Source: an uncultured Nitrospiraceae bacterium
Lineage (GTDB): Bacteria; Nitrospirota; Thermodesulfovibrionia; Thermodesulfovibrionales; SM23-35
Direction: 5' to 3'
DNA length: 64,000 bases
Assembly: GCA_937138415.1 (NCBI GenBank)
Contig: CAKZPA010000033.1
Span: forward strand, 44,606-108,605
Below the pieces are notes generated by a model. That model was not told the origin of the DNA, did not search any database, and was given only the letters and a program-made list of their open reading frames with translations. Both the position numbers and the translations under genes were made by a program. Positions 1 through 9,331 of this stretch are shown here, one piece after another. Numbering within the stretch: the stretch's first letter is position 1; each line of letters begins with the position of its first letter.

Positions 1-338
1 CGCACGCCGACGATGTCCCCGATGTCCAGTTTCTTGAGCAGTGAAAAACGATCGCCGAGGATGTCCCTCTTGAAATAGATCTGTATCTTGCCGGTCTCGT
101 CCTGGATATGGGCAAAGGCTGCCTTGCCGAAATCCCTCATCGCGACGATACGCCCGGCAAGGGAACAGGCGAACGGGTCTCCCCCAAGCCTTTCGTTCGT
201 CATCCCTTTCGCGATCTCGTGCAGTTCGACGGCGTGATGTTCCGCTACGAAGGCACCCCCGTAAGGTTCGATGCCTGCGTCCCGCAATTCCTTGAGCTTT
301 TTCAGCCGCTGCACGATCAGTTCGTTACCGTCTTCCAT
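1..338 (-). CDS. lysS: lysyl-tRNA synthetase, N-terminal part (gene runs off the left edge)
   Basis: My reverse-strand translation from the ATG at 338..336 reads MEDGNELIVQRLKKLKELRDAGIEPYGGAFVAEHHAVELHEIAKGMTNERLGGDPFACSLAGRIVAMRDFGKAAFAHIQDETGKIQIYFKRDILGDRFSLLKKLDIGDIVGV. This is the class II LysRS N-terminus followed by the start of the OB fold. The frame stays open to position 1, so it is absent from the ORF track. The + ORF 108..374 is its antisense shadow. Confidence 0.85.
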   Translation of the reverse strand, partial: MEDGNELIVQRLKKLKELRDAGIEPYGGAFVAEHHAVELHEIAKGMTNERLGGDPFACSLAGRIVAMRDFGKAAFAHIQDETGKIQIYFKRDILGDRFSLLKKLDIGDIVGV

Positions 339-370
339 GAAAGAGAAATAGTCTACCCCCTCGATTTCTC

Positions 371-1375
371 CTAAGTCAATTTTGCCATGCTCTCGAGTAC
401 TTTCAGTTTCGACGCCTCGCCGACCGCGATGAGGGTGTCTCCCGGCTCGATGACCGTCCGGAACGTCGGATGGAATTTCATCTCGCCGTTCACCTGCTTG
501 ATAGCGAGGATGATGATACCGAGTTCCCGCCCGATCCCGCACTGATCGAGGGACGGCCCCGCTAACTCCGACTGGTCCTGCACCGCGATCTCTTCGATCT
601 GCAAATCGATATTCCCGCTCTTCGTCGCGAATTCGATGAAATCAACCACTGCCGGCTTGAGAACCGCGTGAGCGATGCGAAGGCCTCCGATGTGGTAAGG
701 GGAAACGACCCGGTCGGCGCCCGCCCGCAGCAGTTTCTGCTCCGATCCCTCCTCGCCGGCCCTCGCGACGATCAGGAGGCCGGGATTCAATCCCCTCGCA
801 CTCAAGACGACGTAGAGGTTTTCCGCATCTGTCGGGAGAACGGACATCAGGCATCTCGCCCGTTCGATCCCGGCCTTTCTCAGGAGTTCGTCATTCGTCG
901 CATCCCCCTGGAGAATGAGGATATGAGATTTCTGATCGGCATCCTGGATGACCTCGTTCTTTTCGATAACAACAAAGGGCAGGTTCTGGTGGTCCAGTTC
1001 TTTCACGATAACCCTGCCCATTCTCCCATACCCGCACACAATGTAATGGTCCCGTATCCCCTCGAGCCTCTTTTCCACTCTCTTCCTCCCGTACAATTCT
1101 TGTAGCTCGCCCTCGAGCAGTATCTTCGCGCCCGTGCTGAGTGTGTAGAGGACGGTCCCCACGCCGCCAATCAGGAGAACAATCGTGAAGGCCTGCCCTC
1201 AAAACGACATATCGTGGATTTCCCGGTATCCGACCGTCGTGAGTGTGATAACCGTCATGTAAAAGGAATCCCAGACGTTCCAGCCTTCGATCGCTACGTA
1301 CCCCACCATGCCGAACAGAATCACGAAGCCTATCATCGCGGCAGACACGATGAATCGCCTTCTCAGTTCCTTCAC
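371..1375 (-). pseudogene. MthK-like 2-TM K+ channel with RCK (TrkA-N/TrkA-C) domains, interrupted by an in-frame TGA and carrying a GYR filter
   Basis: ORF 371..1162 encodes the RCK part (IVCGYGRMGR Rossmann motif and a TrkA-C-like C-terminus). The same frame upstream, from GTG 1375, reads (V)KELRRRFIVSAAMIGFVILFGMVGYVAIEGWNVWDSFYMTVITLTTVGYREIHDMSF-TGA-GQAFTIVLLIGGVGTVLYTL. This is collinear with the M1, pore helix, filter and M2 of MthK. The stop codon lies at complement(1199..1201). The filter Gly is replaced by Arg (CGG at complement(1223..1225)). Confidence 0.6.
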
Positions 1376-1510
1376 GTGTTCCGCAACTCCGTCATCGGGT
1401 GTTCGGTGGCCTCCCGCGTCCTGTCGTTTTCATTCCATTATAGCCGAACGCCGATTCTCCGAGATCGCGGTGCCCTGACCGGCTCAAGCCAGAGGAAGAG
1501 GCAGACCTTA

Positions 1511-3829
1511 TCACCACAGGCGAAACAATCTCCGCACATTCTCGATCTCGTCGGCGATACATCCCGCTCTCCGGATCTGAAAATCCCGGTAGGTCTTGAC
1601 GCGATAGCTATCCGTTTCCCTCCAGACCTTAATCGCACCGTCGGTATCGGTCCTCAAAACTATCCTTCCCCTCAAGAGGGCGAGCATGTCTTCATGGGGG
1701 TGCCCGAAGGGGTTCTCGCGTCCCGCGCAGATGACCGCGATCTCCGGGTTCACCGCATCGAAGAACGCGGAGTGAGCCGACGTTTTCCCCCCGTGGTGGG
1801 GAACCTTCACGACATCGCTCGCGATCCATTTCTCGAGATGGAGTATGTCGTCCTGGGCTTCTCTCTCGGCGTCCCCGGCGAAGAGAAACGAACCCCGGTC
1901 ATCCGAAATCCGGAGGACGAGCGATCTGTTGTTGTCCCCCACATACTCGCCTCCCTGTTGCGTGTAGAATTCAGGATACGGATGGAGGACGGCAATACGG
2001 TAGCCCTCGCCGTCGATGAGATCTCCCCGCGAAAGGAAGCGACAGCGCTCAGCGCGTGTCATCGGCTCCGGGCAGGTCTGCCCCGCATGCCAAATCTCCT
2101 TAACATGGAACCGCTCGGCGAGAAACGGCAGCCCCCCGATGTGATCCGGGTGCCCGTGGGAGAGAGCGAGCGCGTCGATATGTCCTTTCCCGCGATATCG
2201 GAGGAACGAGGCGACTTCCCTTCCGGTGAGCCCCGTATCGACGACGAGCGTTTTCCCATCGGGCAATTCGACAACCGCCGCATCCCCCTGTCCCACATCC
2301 AAGAACGTGACGCTCAGCACGTTCTTCGCCGCGAGGGAAAAGATACCGTAGCATACGAGCGTGACGAGCGGAAGCACGAGGAGATATTTTCGCCGACTAT
2401 CGAGAAAAAAGAGGAAGAACGCCCCGTAGAAAAGGAGGAGGACGACAGGGGGAAACGCCGGGATCCCGATATCCGCAAACGATATGTCCGAGAGGGAGTC
2501 CACCATCGATAGCGCAGTCTCCGTAATACGAGAGATGAGAGAAGGAAATGGGTAGTGGTTTGTGAGGAGAAAGACAAAGGCAGAGAGGAGCGACAACGGA
2601 ATGAGGACGAATCCGATAAAGGGAGCGACGAGGAGGTTCGAAAGCGGGGAGATCAGGGAAATGTAGTGGAACGAGTATGCGACGAGAGGTGCCGTTCCGA
2701 TCGTCGCGGCGAGGATTGTCACTCCTGTTTTGCGGAGATGCCGCAGTACCGCGGGATCCCTTTTATCCACGTTCTCCGACCATTCGACCGCGTATCCGAT
2801 GAAGAGGACGGCGAGAAAAGAGAGCTGAAAAGATAACGTGAACAGCGACATCGGGTCCCAGAGGACAATCAGGAACACAGCCACCCCGAGCGATTGCAGC
2901 CAGAAGCCCTTTCTCTCGATCATGAGGCCGACGAGAAAAAAGCTGATCATGATGAACGATCGTATCGCGGGGATGCTGCCACCGGAAATCCCGAGATAGG
3001 CGACCATGAAAGGGACGCTCAGGATCGCCGCAGCCTGAGACGGCGTGAGGTAGACGGTGAGCCGCTGAAGTGCGCCGTAAGGGAGCACGCAGATCACGAC
3101 CCGGAAAATGGCGAACAGAAACAAGGAAAAGAGCCCGAAGTGGGTGCCGGAAATCGACAGGAGGTGCGCAAGGCCCGAGGCGTTGAACGCGTGGCGTACC
3201 TGCTCGCTGAGATGTGCCCGTTGACCGATCGTCATAGCGGCGAGGAGACCCGCCGAATCGGGTGAAAACGTTTCCCGATAGAGCGAATCGAGGCGGTATC
3301 GCAACCCTTCGAATGCGGCACCGAGGGAAAAACGGCGCGTGCCTTGACCCTCTACGTTGAGAAGTCTCGCGTAAGGACTGTCACTTCGCAATGCTCCGGG
3401 GTTGTAACGCTGCGGATCTTTCAGGAACGAGACCTCAAGGTCGTATTCACTCCCGAGCGAAAACCCTCTCTCCGAAATGATTGCGACCTCCCGTCCCCGC
3501 AGTGAGTCCGTGGGGTCTCCCGTCGCACGATTGACCGCGGAAATAATGCGGGCTGTCTGCCGAAACGATCCGTTTGAATTCATCAGTGGGTACGTCGAAA
3601 AAACGCACCTGATCGCGACCGGCTCTCGTCCCGCGGGAACGACGAGGTCGGACTCTGCACGCACAGCGGCGTACGCGAGCGCGAGGCACAGTGCGAGCAC
3701 GAGGAGCGGCCTGCGACGTCCCAGCAGGTAAAGAGACAGAGACACCGCGAGAGCGCACGTCAGGTAGGGGAAATAAGGAAAAGAAGAGAACAGGACGATG
3801 CCGAGTGCGAAGACGGGGACAAAAAACAT
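1511..3829 (-). CDS. comEC: DNA internalization competence protein ComEC/Rec2 with C-terminal metallo-beta-lactamase domain
   Basis: 772-aa polytopic membrane protein. The C-terminus has LDVGQGDA...HGHPDHIGG...KVPHHG MBL motifs. Its start overlaps the glmM stop (TAATG at 3827..3831). Confidence 0.85.
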   Translation of the reverse strand: MFFVPVFALGIVLFSSFPYFPYLTCALAVSLSLYLLGRRRPLLVLALCLALAYAAVRAESDLVVPAGREPVAIRCVFSTYPLMNSNGSFRQTARIISAVNRATGDPTDSLRGREVAIISERGFSLGSEYDLEVSFLKDPQRYNPGALRSDSPYARLLNVEGQGTRRFSLGAAFEGLRYRLDSLYRETFSPDSAGLLAAMTIGQRAHLSEQVRHAFNASGLAHLLSISGTHFGLFSLFLFAIFRVVICVLPYGALQRLTVYLTPSQAAAILSVPFMVAYLGISGGSIPAIRSFIMISFFLVGLMIERKGFWLQSLGVAVFLIVLWDPMSLFTLSFQLSFLAVLFIGYAVEWSENVDKRDPAVLRHLRKTGVTILAATIGTAPLVAYSFHYISLISPLSNLLVAPFIGFVLIPLSLLSAFVFLLTNHYPFPSLISRITETALSMVDSLSDISFADIGIPAFPPVVLLLFYGAFFLFFLDSRRKYLLVLPLVTLVCYGIFSLAAKNVLSVTFLDVGQGDAAVVELPDGKTLVVDTGLTGREVASFLRYRGKGHIDALALSHGHPDHIGGLPFLAERFHVKEIWHAGQTCPEPMTRAERCRFLSRGDLIDGEGYRIAVLHPYPEFYTQQGGEYVGDNNRSLVLRISDDRGSFLFAGDAEREAQDDILHLEKWIASDVVKVPHHGGKTSAHSAFFDAVNPEIAVICAGRENPFGHPHEDMLALLRGRIVLRTDTDGAIKVWRETDSYRVKTYRDFQIRRAGCIADEIENVRRLFRLW

Positions 3830-5181
3830 TAGGTCATCTGTTCCTCGATGACCCTGGCAAGGTCCTGCGCGAGGCGTTCGATCAAAGAAAGACTTTCCCC
3901 TTCGACCATAATCCGGATCTTCGGCTCGGTTCCCGACGGCCTCACGAGCACCCTCCCTCTGCCTGCGAGCGCCTCCTCCGCCGTCCGGATCGCTTCCGCA
4001 ATTCCCGGAATTGCCGAGAGATCCCGTCCGCTTTTCACCTTCACCTTCACGTTCGCGAGAACCTGGGGAAAGAGGTGAATATCTCGGGTCAGCTCGGAAA
4101 GCGACGCTCCCCTCTTCTTCATCAGATAGAGGACCTGAAGCGCGGTCAGAGGGCCGTCTCCTGTCGTATTGTGGTCAAGAAAGACGATATGCCCGGACTG
4201 TTCCCCGCCGAAATTGTACCCCCCCGCACGCATCTCTTCGACGACATACCGGTCGCCCACAGGAGTCCTGATCAAACGTATCCCGTGCTCCTCGAGGAAT
4301 TTTTCCAGTCCGAAATTGCTCATGACCGTCGAGACGACCGCGTTTTTTTTCAGCGACTTGCTCTTCTTCATTTCGATCGCCCACATGCCCATGATCTGGT
4401 CACCGTCCACAATGTTGCCCAGCTCATCGCAAAAGATAGCCCGGTCAGCGTCTCCGTCATGCGCGATACCGAGGTGAGCACCGTGACGTTTCACCGCCTT
4501 CCGAAGTGATTCCGGGTGGAGCGCGCCAGCGTGCGCGTTGATGTTCATCCCGTCCGGCGTGTTGTTGATCGAGATAACCTCCGCCCCCAGCTCCCTAAAC
4601 AGCCATGGTGTGATCTTATAGGCGGCCCCGTGGGCGCAGTCCACGACGACTTTGAACCCCTCGAAGGTCATACCACGGGGGATCGTCGATTTTATGTACT
4701 CTATGTAGCGCCCCGTCGCATCATCGAGGCGGTATGCCTTGCCGATCTCGGCACCTCTCGGTCGATAGCTTTCGAGGCGATCGTCCTCTACTAACCGCTC
4801 GATCTTCTGCTCGAGCTCGTCGGGAAGCTTGAAGCCTTTCGAAGAAAAGAACTTTATCCCGTTGTCCTCGAATGGATTGTGCGACGCGGAAATGACGATA
4901 CCCGCGTCCAGTCGGAGCGTCCGGGTAAGAAAAGCGACCCCCGGCGTCGGGATCGGACCGACGAGTGTCACATTCATTCCCATCGCGCAGATGCCGGACG
5001 TGAGGGCGCTCTCTATCATATACCCTGACAGGCGGGTATCTTTCCCGATGAGGATCATATTTCTCCCTCGTGACTCCCTGAGCAGATACCCGATCGCCAT
5101 GCCGATTCGGAGAACGATCTCGGGCGTCATCGGATGGTCGTTTACGGTTCCTCGGATCCCGTCCGTTCCGAAGAGTCTCAT
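3829..5181 (-). CDS. glmM: phosphoglucosamine mutase
   Basis: MRLFGTDGIRG N-terminus, active-site SASHNP, and GDGDADR and GEQSGH motifs. 450 aa. Confidence 0.95.
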   Translation of the reverse strand: MRLFGTDGIRGTVNDHPMTPEIVLRIGMAIGYLLRESRGRNMILIGKDTRLSGYMIESALTSGICAMGMNVTLVGPIPTPGVAFLTRTLRLDAGIVISASHNPFEDNGIKFFSSKGFKLPDELEQKIERLVEDDRLESYRPRGAEIGKAYRLDDATGRYIEYIKSTIPRGMTFEGFKVVVDCAHGAAYKITPWLFRELGAEVISINNTPDGMNINAHAGALHPESLRKAVKRHGAHLGIAHDGDADRAIFCDELGNIVDGDQIMGMWAIEMKKSKSLKKNAVVSTVMSNFGLEKFLEEHGIRLIRTPVGDRYVVEEMRAGGYNFGGEQSGHIVFLDHNTTGDGPLTALQVLYLMKKRGASLSELTRDIHLFPQVLANVKVKVKSGRDLSAIPGIAEAIRTAEEALAGRGRVLVRPSGTEPKIRIMVEGESLSLIERLAQDLARVIEEQMT

Positions 5182-5206
5182 CGCATTGCTCCTTCTCGTA
5201 CCCTGA

Positions 5207-5860
5207 TCATCGCTTTCGCGATTTCGCTCCTATCACGACCTGAGCCGTCACCACCGCCGTCTTCGCCCGCACCGAGCGACCGGACATGTCGAGCCTCAAA
5301 TCCTGGCTGAACGTTTCGGTCATCCCTGTGACGTCGATCGCCTCCGTTTTCACCGTGTGAATCCTCGAGAGTTCGCGCTTGACTCCTTCGACTTCTATCG
5401 TCGGAGGAGTGACGGTCACCGACTTCACGATAAACTCTTTCTCCGGCTCCCCGATGACGATGGGAACAATCTTGACCGTCTTTCTCATCGTCTCTTCCGT
5501 CACGACCTTCACGCTCGACGGGTTGATGTTGCTGACCGTCACATGGGACGGCAATCGCACATCGTCACGGTGAATGTAAAAAGTATTTTCGCCCGGCTTG
5601 GCATTGCTCAGGTCCAGAGAAACGGCGAGGTCGGTCGGCCTGATGTTCTTCAGCAATCGCTCCTGACCCCTCATGTTCAGCCCGATCACCTTTGCGCTCT
5701 GGCTGACGATCTCGAGCCCGGGAGGAATATTCCTGAATTCGATCGGCACATCGAGGGATACCTCGGACTGCCCGCGCGATGTCACGAACACCCAAAGAAT
5801 GAGAGAGAGGATAACCGCCGTTATCTTGAGACCGATGTTATCGATGATGGCTTTTTTCAC
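5207..5860 (-). CDS. cdaR: YbbR-domain protein, CdaA regulator
   Basis: N-terminal TM helix followed by YbbR-like repeats. It sits between cdaA and glmM as in the conserved cdaA-cdaR-glmM operon and overlaps the cdaA 3' end by 23 nt. Confidence 0.75.
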   Translation of the reverse strand: MKKAIIDNIGLKITAVILSLILWVFVTSRGQSEVSLDVPIEFRNIPPGLEIVSQSAKVIGLNMRGQERLLKNIRPTDLAVSLDLSNAKPGENTFYIHRDDVRLPSHVTVSNINPSSVKVVTEETMRKTVKIVPIVIGEPEKEFIVKSVTVTPPTIEVEGVKRELSRIHTVKTEAIDVTGMTETFSQDLRLDMSGRSVRAKTAVVTAQVVIGAKSRKR

Positions 5861-6620
5861 GTTCTGCTTTCTCCGTAAAAAGATCGGTGAGAATATCCCT
5901 GAGCTTCCCCATGTCGAGAGGGCCCTTGAGCTCGCCTTTCAGTGCGAGCGAGATGGCTCCCGTCTCCTCGGAAACGATGATGACCACGGCGTCCGTTTCC
6001 TCGGAGAGACCGAGGCCCGCGCGGTGACGCGTTCCGAGGGACTTGCTGATGGAGGGTCCCATCGTAATCGGCAGAAAACACCCCGCCGCGATTATCCGAT
6101 TCCCGCGTATGACCACGGCGCCATCGTGGATAGGGGACGTCGGGTGAAAGATGCTCAGCAGAATCTCTTTCGACACCCGCGCGTCGAGCGGAGTCCCTAT
6201 TTCCACGAAATCCTTGAGGCTCGTCTCGCGCTCGATCGCGATGATGGCGCCGATCCTTCTGTTGGCAAGGGCAACCGCAGCCCTCACGATCTCCTCCAGC
6301 GACTTCAGCTCCTCGGCCGAGGTGAGCGCCCGAAGAAATTTCGTCTCCCCCATCTGGGCGAGCGCTTTCCTGATTTCGGGCTGAAAGAGAATGATGAGAG
6401 CGATGACGATCTGCGCCCAGAAGCTCTGGATCAGCCAATCCACCGTATAGATCCCGAAATACCGCGTGACGAACGAGGCTAAGAGAAGCACACCGAGCCC
6501 CATGAGCATGCGTGCCGCCTTCGTCCCCTTGATCATGAGGAGAAGGCGGTACAGAATGATCGACATCAGCGTGACGTCGACGAGATCCTGCCACCGTACT
6601 TGTCTGACAAAATCAATCAT
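5838..6620 (-). CDS. cdaA: diadenylate cyclase (c-di-AMP synthase), membrane-anchored
   Basis: Three N-terminal TM helices plus a DAC domain with DGAVVI...LGTRHRAGLGLSE...VIIVSEETG motifs. 260 aa. Confidence 0.9.
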   Translation of the reverse strand: MIDFVRQVRWQDLVDVTLMSIILYRLLLMIKGTKAARMLMGLGVLLLASFVTRYFGIYTVDWLIQSFWAQIVIALIILFQPEIRKALAQMGETKFLRALTSAEELKSLEEIVRAAVALANRRIGAIIAIERETSLKDFVEIGTPLDARVSKEILLSIFHPTSPIHDGAVVIRGNRIIAAGCFLPITMGPSISKSLGTRHRAGLGLSEETDAVVIIVSEETGAISLALKGELKGPLDMGKLRDILTDLFTEKAEREKSHHR

Positions 6621-6708
6621 GATTGTTTTTTTCGCCCTTTATGATACCACAGTGCTCCAGGGTCGTTTGACAAAGAAAAGTGCGATAGGGTATGTTTAAG
6701 AATACGAT

Positions 6709-6785
<77 letters not shown>

Positions 6786-6793
6786 GAAAAATC

Positions 6794-6824
6794 AAGGGCT
6801 TGCGTCTCCGCAAGCCCTTTTTTG
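6794..6824 (+). terminator. rho-independent terminator after the tRNA
   Basis: Stem AAGGGCTTGCG / CGCAAGCCCTT with loop TCTC, followed by a T-run (TTTTTTG). Confidence 0.6.
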
Positions 6825-7007
6825 TCGCTTTCGCGCACCCCCTCCGACCGTATTGGAGACACAATTCACGCGCGTTATCTCTTACTTAATTCATAAACTA
6901 AGTCAGTCAGGGTATGCGGTCGATCCGGGAGAGCACCGCGGACGATACGAACCATTATCCGACGAGGAAGCCGCACAGCACCGCAAAAAATAGAGTCGAG
7001 GAACCAG

Positions 7008-7382
7008 TCATCGCTCGTCGGTAATTTTGCCGATCGCGGCATCTGGTGATTCGGCCTGGACGGTACCGACCTCGGCGAATCCGCTCGACTGCAATTTTTT
7101 CCGATACCACTCGTTCCCCTTGAGTCCTATAAAAATATAGAGTCCGACTTCGAGCCAGAGGATAAAGAGCACGCCACCGATGCTGTCCCCCTGCCGGAAA
7201 TGTGTTTCGGCCAACGCGAGGAGAGCGGCAAGCGCGAAAAAGGCTGCCGCATGTCTCCACAGCCTCTTGTAGAGGAGCCAGATGCCCGAGAAGAGGAGTC
7301 CGGGCCATGAAAAGCCAACCTTCACGGCGTGATAGCTGCCGAGGGGATCTCTGAAAACGGTAAATGTTCGTACTCTCTTCAA
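7008..7382 (-). CDS. DUF2628-like small membrane protein
   Basis: 124 aa with a TTG start. The pattern GFSWPGLLFSGIWLLYKRLW plus a second TM helix resembles DUF2628. Assigned from memory of the family pattern only. Confidence 0.5.
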   Translation of the reverse strand: MKRVRTFTVFRDPLGSYHAVKVGFSWPGLLFSGIWLLYKRLWRHAAAFFALAALLALAETHFRQGDSIGGVLFILWLEVGLYIFIGLKGNEWYRKKLQSSGFAEVGTVQAESPDAAIGKITDER

Positions 7383-7409
7383 CGGGACCGACTTCTCCGC
7401 GGATGAGGA

Positions 7410-7631
7410 TTACGTCCCTTCACTCTTCCGGTCGTCCCCGATATCCGAGATCACTCTGTCGACCTCTTGTTGTGTTTCCCTCAATCTGCTCCTGCAAAAA
7501 CGGATCAGTTCGGAAGCTTTCTTGACCCGTTCGACCAGCGCATCCACGTCGACTTCGCCGGACTCGATCTCCTTGACGATTTTTTCGAGCCCTGCGATCG
7601 CCGACGCGTACGTCAATTTACTCTTCGACAT
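7410..7631 (-). CDS. xseB: exodeoxyribonuclease VII small subunit
   Basis: 73-aa helical protein (LEKIVKEIESGEVDVDALVERVKKASELIRFCRSRL). It overlaps the xseA 3' end by 14 nt. Confidence 0.85.
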   Translation of the reverse strand: MSKSKLTYASAIAGLEKIVKEIESGEVDVDALVERVKKASELIRFCRSRLRETQQEVDRVISDIGDDRKSEGT

Positions 7632-8958
7632 CGTCCTCCTCCACCCGGCTCCTGACAGAACCGAGGAAAACTCTCGTTCTTATTATATCGCCCTCCTTGA
7701 CGGCCGAACTGTCCTTGAGAGCACGCCCGCGAAAATAGGTGATGCTGTACCCTCTCATGAGGATGTTGGCGGGATCGAGGTGCCGGATCGCCTGATCAAG
7801 CTGCTTCAGCAAGCTGTCCTGCTGATCGAGGTAACGTTGCGCTCCTGCGGAAAGCAGACGAGCGTCCACGGCGAGTCTCTGACCATGCCCTGCGAGGAGT
7901 TGAGCCGTCCCACGGAAAAACCCTCGCAGTGTTGCCTCCAGCCTCTGCCTCTCTCCGGCGAACCGATCCCGGACGATCTGCCCGAAATGCTGCACTGCAT
8001 ATCGGAATCTGTGCAGTTCGCCGCGAAGCAACGCGCCCGCCGCGCGGATGCATGCCCTCTCGGCGCGCAAGACCCGTTCCTCGAAATCGCGAATGCGGTC
8101 AAGGAGGAATTCAGCGACCGCCGTCGGCGTCTTTAATCGAGTATGGGCGACAATGTCCACCACGGTGTCATCCCTCTCGTGACCGATGCCGGTGATGACA
8201 GGGAGGGGGAATGTCGCTACCTTCAGGGCGAGAGCGTAGGAATCGAAGCAGCTCAGATCGACCTGCGAACCGCCTCCCCGGACGATGACGACCGCGTCGT
8301 AGTGATGCCGGCGCTTTTCGATTTCGCCGAGCGCCGCAAGGAGCGACGCCTCGGCTCCCTCTCCTTGCATCGTCGCATGGTACAATTCGTGAGCGATCGC
8401 ATACCCGTCAGGGTTTGCGTCGATATGGTGGAGAAAGTCTCCGTACCCCGCCGCCGTCGCAGAGGAGACGACAGCGATTCTCTGGAGGACCAACGCGAGC
8501 GGTTTGGCTTTGTTCAGTTCGAGGAGACCTTCTTTCGTCAATCGCGCGATGACGTCCCGCTTCTTCCGCGCCATTTCTCCTATGGAATACGCAGGATCGA
8601 CGTCTCGGACCTGGAGGCTGAGTCCGTAGACTTCGTGGAAGGTGACAAGCACGCGGAGAAGTACTTTCATCCCCTGTTTGAGCTGTTCCCCCGTGGCGAG
8701 CGCGAACTTCGAAAGAATACCCTCGAGAGAAGATGCCCAGATCGTCGCCCTCATCTGCGCCACTGTTTTCTCTCCCTCTTTCTCGACGAGCTCGAGATAA
8801 CAGTGGCCGCGCGCGTTGCACCGCATCTCGGAAATCTCTGCAACCACCCACAGCGGCGCAGGAAATGCCGATTCGAGCGTGCTCCGTATCGAAGCATTCA
8901 ACTCGGAAAGCGTGAGATACGGTCTCTGCGCGCATGCGATATGGGGAACAAACTCCAT
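7618..8958 (-). CDS. xseA: exodeoxyribonuclease VII large subunit
   Basis: N-terminal OB fold (LTLSELNASIRSTLE...VVAEISE...GHCYLELVE), a catalytic core and a C-terminal coiled coil. I chose the start at the ATG 8958 (MEFVPH...). The track's 5' extension to 9111 would run into the thiC promoter and TPP riboswitch. Confidence 0.9.
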   Translation of the reverse strand: MEFVPHIACAQRPYLTLSELNASIRSTLESAFPAPLWVVAEISEMRCNARGHCYLELVEKEGEKTVAQMRATIWASSLEGILSKFALATGEQLKQGMKVLLRVLVTFHEVYGLSLQVRDVDPAYSIGEMARKKRDVIARLTKEGLLELNKAKPLALVLQRIAVVSSATAAGYGDFLHHIDANPDGYAIAHELYHATMQGEGAEASLLAALGEIEKRRHHYDAVVIVRGGGSQVDLSCFDSYALALKVATFPLPVITGIGHERDDTVVDIVAHTRLKTPTAVAEFLLDRIRDFEERVLRAERACIRAAGALLRGELHRFRYAVQHFGQIVRDRFAGERQRLEATLRGFFRGTAQLLAGHGQRLAVDARLLSAGAQRYLDQQDSLLKQLDQAIRHLDPANILMRGYSITYFRGRALKDSSAVKEGDIIRTRVFLGSVRSRVEEDDVEE

Positions 8959-9035
8959 GTCATGTGCTCCTTTATGCGCCCCGCATAAGCGAGCCGCCGA
9001 CTGTAATCTAACCGGTTCTCGCCATTCTGTCAAAT

Positions 9036-9065
9036 TTGACATATTTCCCGATCTGTCACTATACT
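9036..9065 (+). promoter_or_regulatory. sigma-70-like promoter for the thiC leader
   Basis: TTGACA (9036..9041), an 18-nt spacer, then TATACT (9060..9065), directly upstream of the riboswitch aptamer. Identified by eye only. Confidence 0.45.
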
Positions 9066-9069
9066 GTAG

Positions 9070-9170
9070 TGAGACCCTGGGGGAGGCCATGAGGCCTGAG
9101 AGTCTCCGCATGAGCGCGGAAGAGACCCCACGAACCTGATACGGGTAATGCCGTCGGAGGGAATGGGAAG
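9070..9170 (+). promoter_or_regulatory. TPP (THI-box) riboswitch
   Basis: CCCTGGGGGAGGCCATGAGGCCTGAGAGTCTCC...GAGACCCCACGAACCTGATACGGGTAATGCCGTCGGAGGGAATGGG contains the conserved CUGAGA, ACCC, GAACCUGAU and GGGUAAUGCC..GGGA elements. It lies upstream of thiC. Confidence 0.85.
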
Positions 9171-9331
9171 CAGGCCGTATCTCTTTCCGCCCTCTATTGT
9201 GAGGAGGGGGCAGACAGGGATGCGGTTTCGTATTTTATGGACGCGATGCCGTGCCCCTGGCGATAGTACGGCGAAAAGAGCGATCATCGGGAGACGCAGC
9301 CCGAGAGGGAGAACGTAGGCACGCCGGTAAG

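Noticed and set aside
1199-1201. The in-frame TGA in the K+ channel read as selenocysteine or as a reassigned sense codon
   Set aside because: TGA clearly terminates other genes here (for example thiD at 11465..11467 and sensor copy 2 at 57492..57494). I could not see a convincing SECIS-like hairpin immediately downstream. The adjacent Gly-to-Arg filter change points to decay instead. It is kept as a finding only as a pseudogene or possible error.
8959-9111. A 5' extension of the xseA ORF by 51 codons
   Set aside because: The extension has no similarity to XseA N-termini and would place coding sequence over the thiC promoter and TPP riboswitch. The conserved OB-fold start follows the ATG at 8958.
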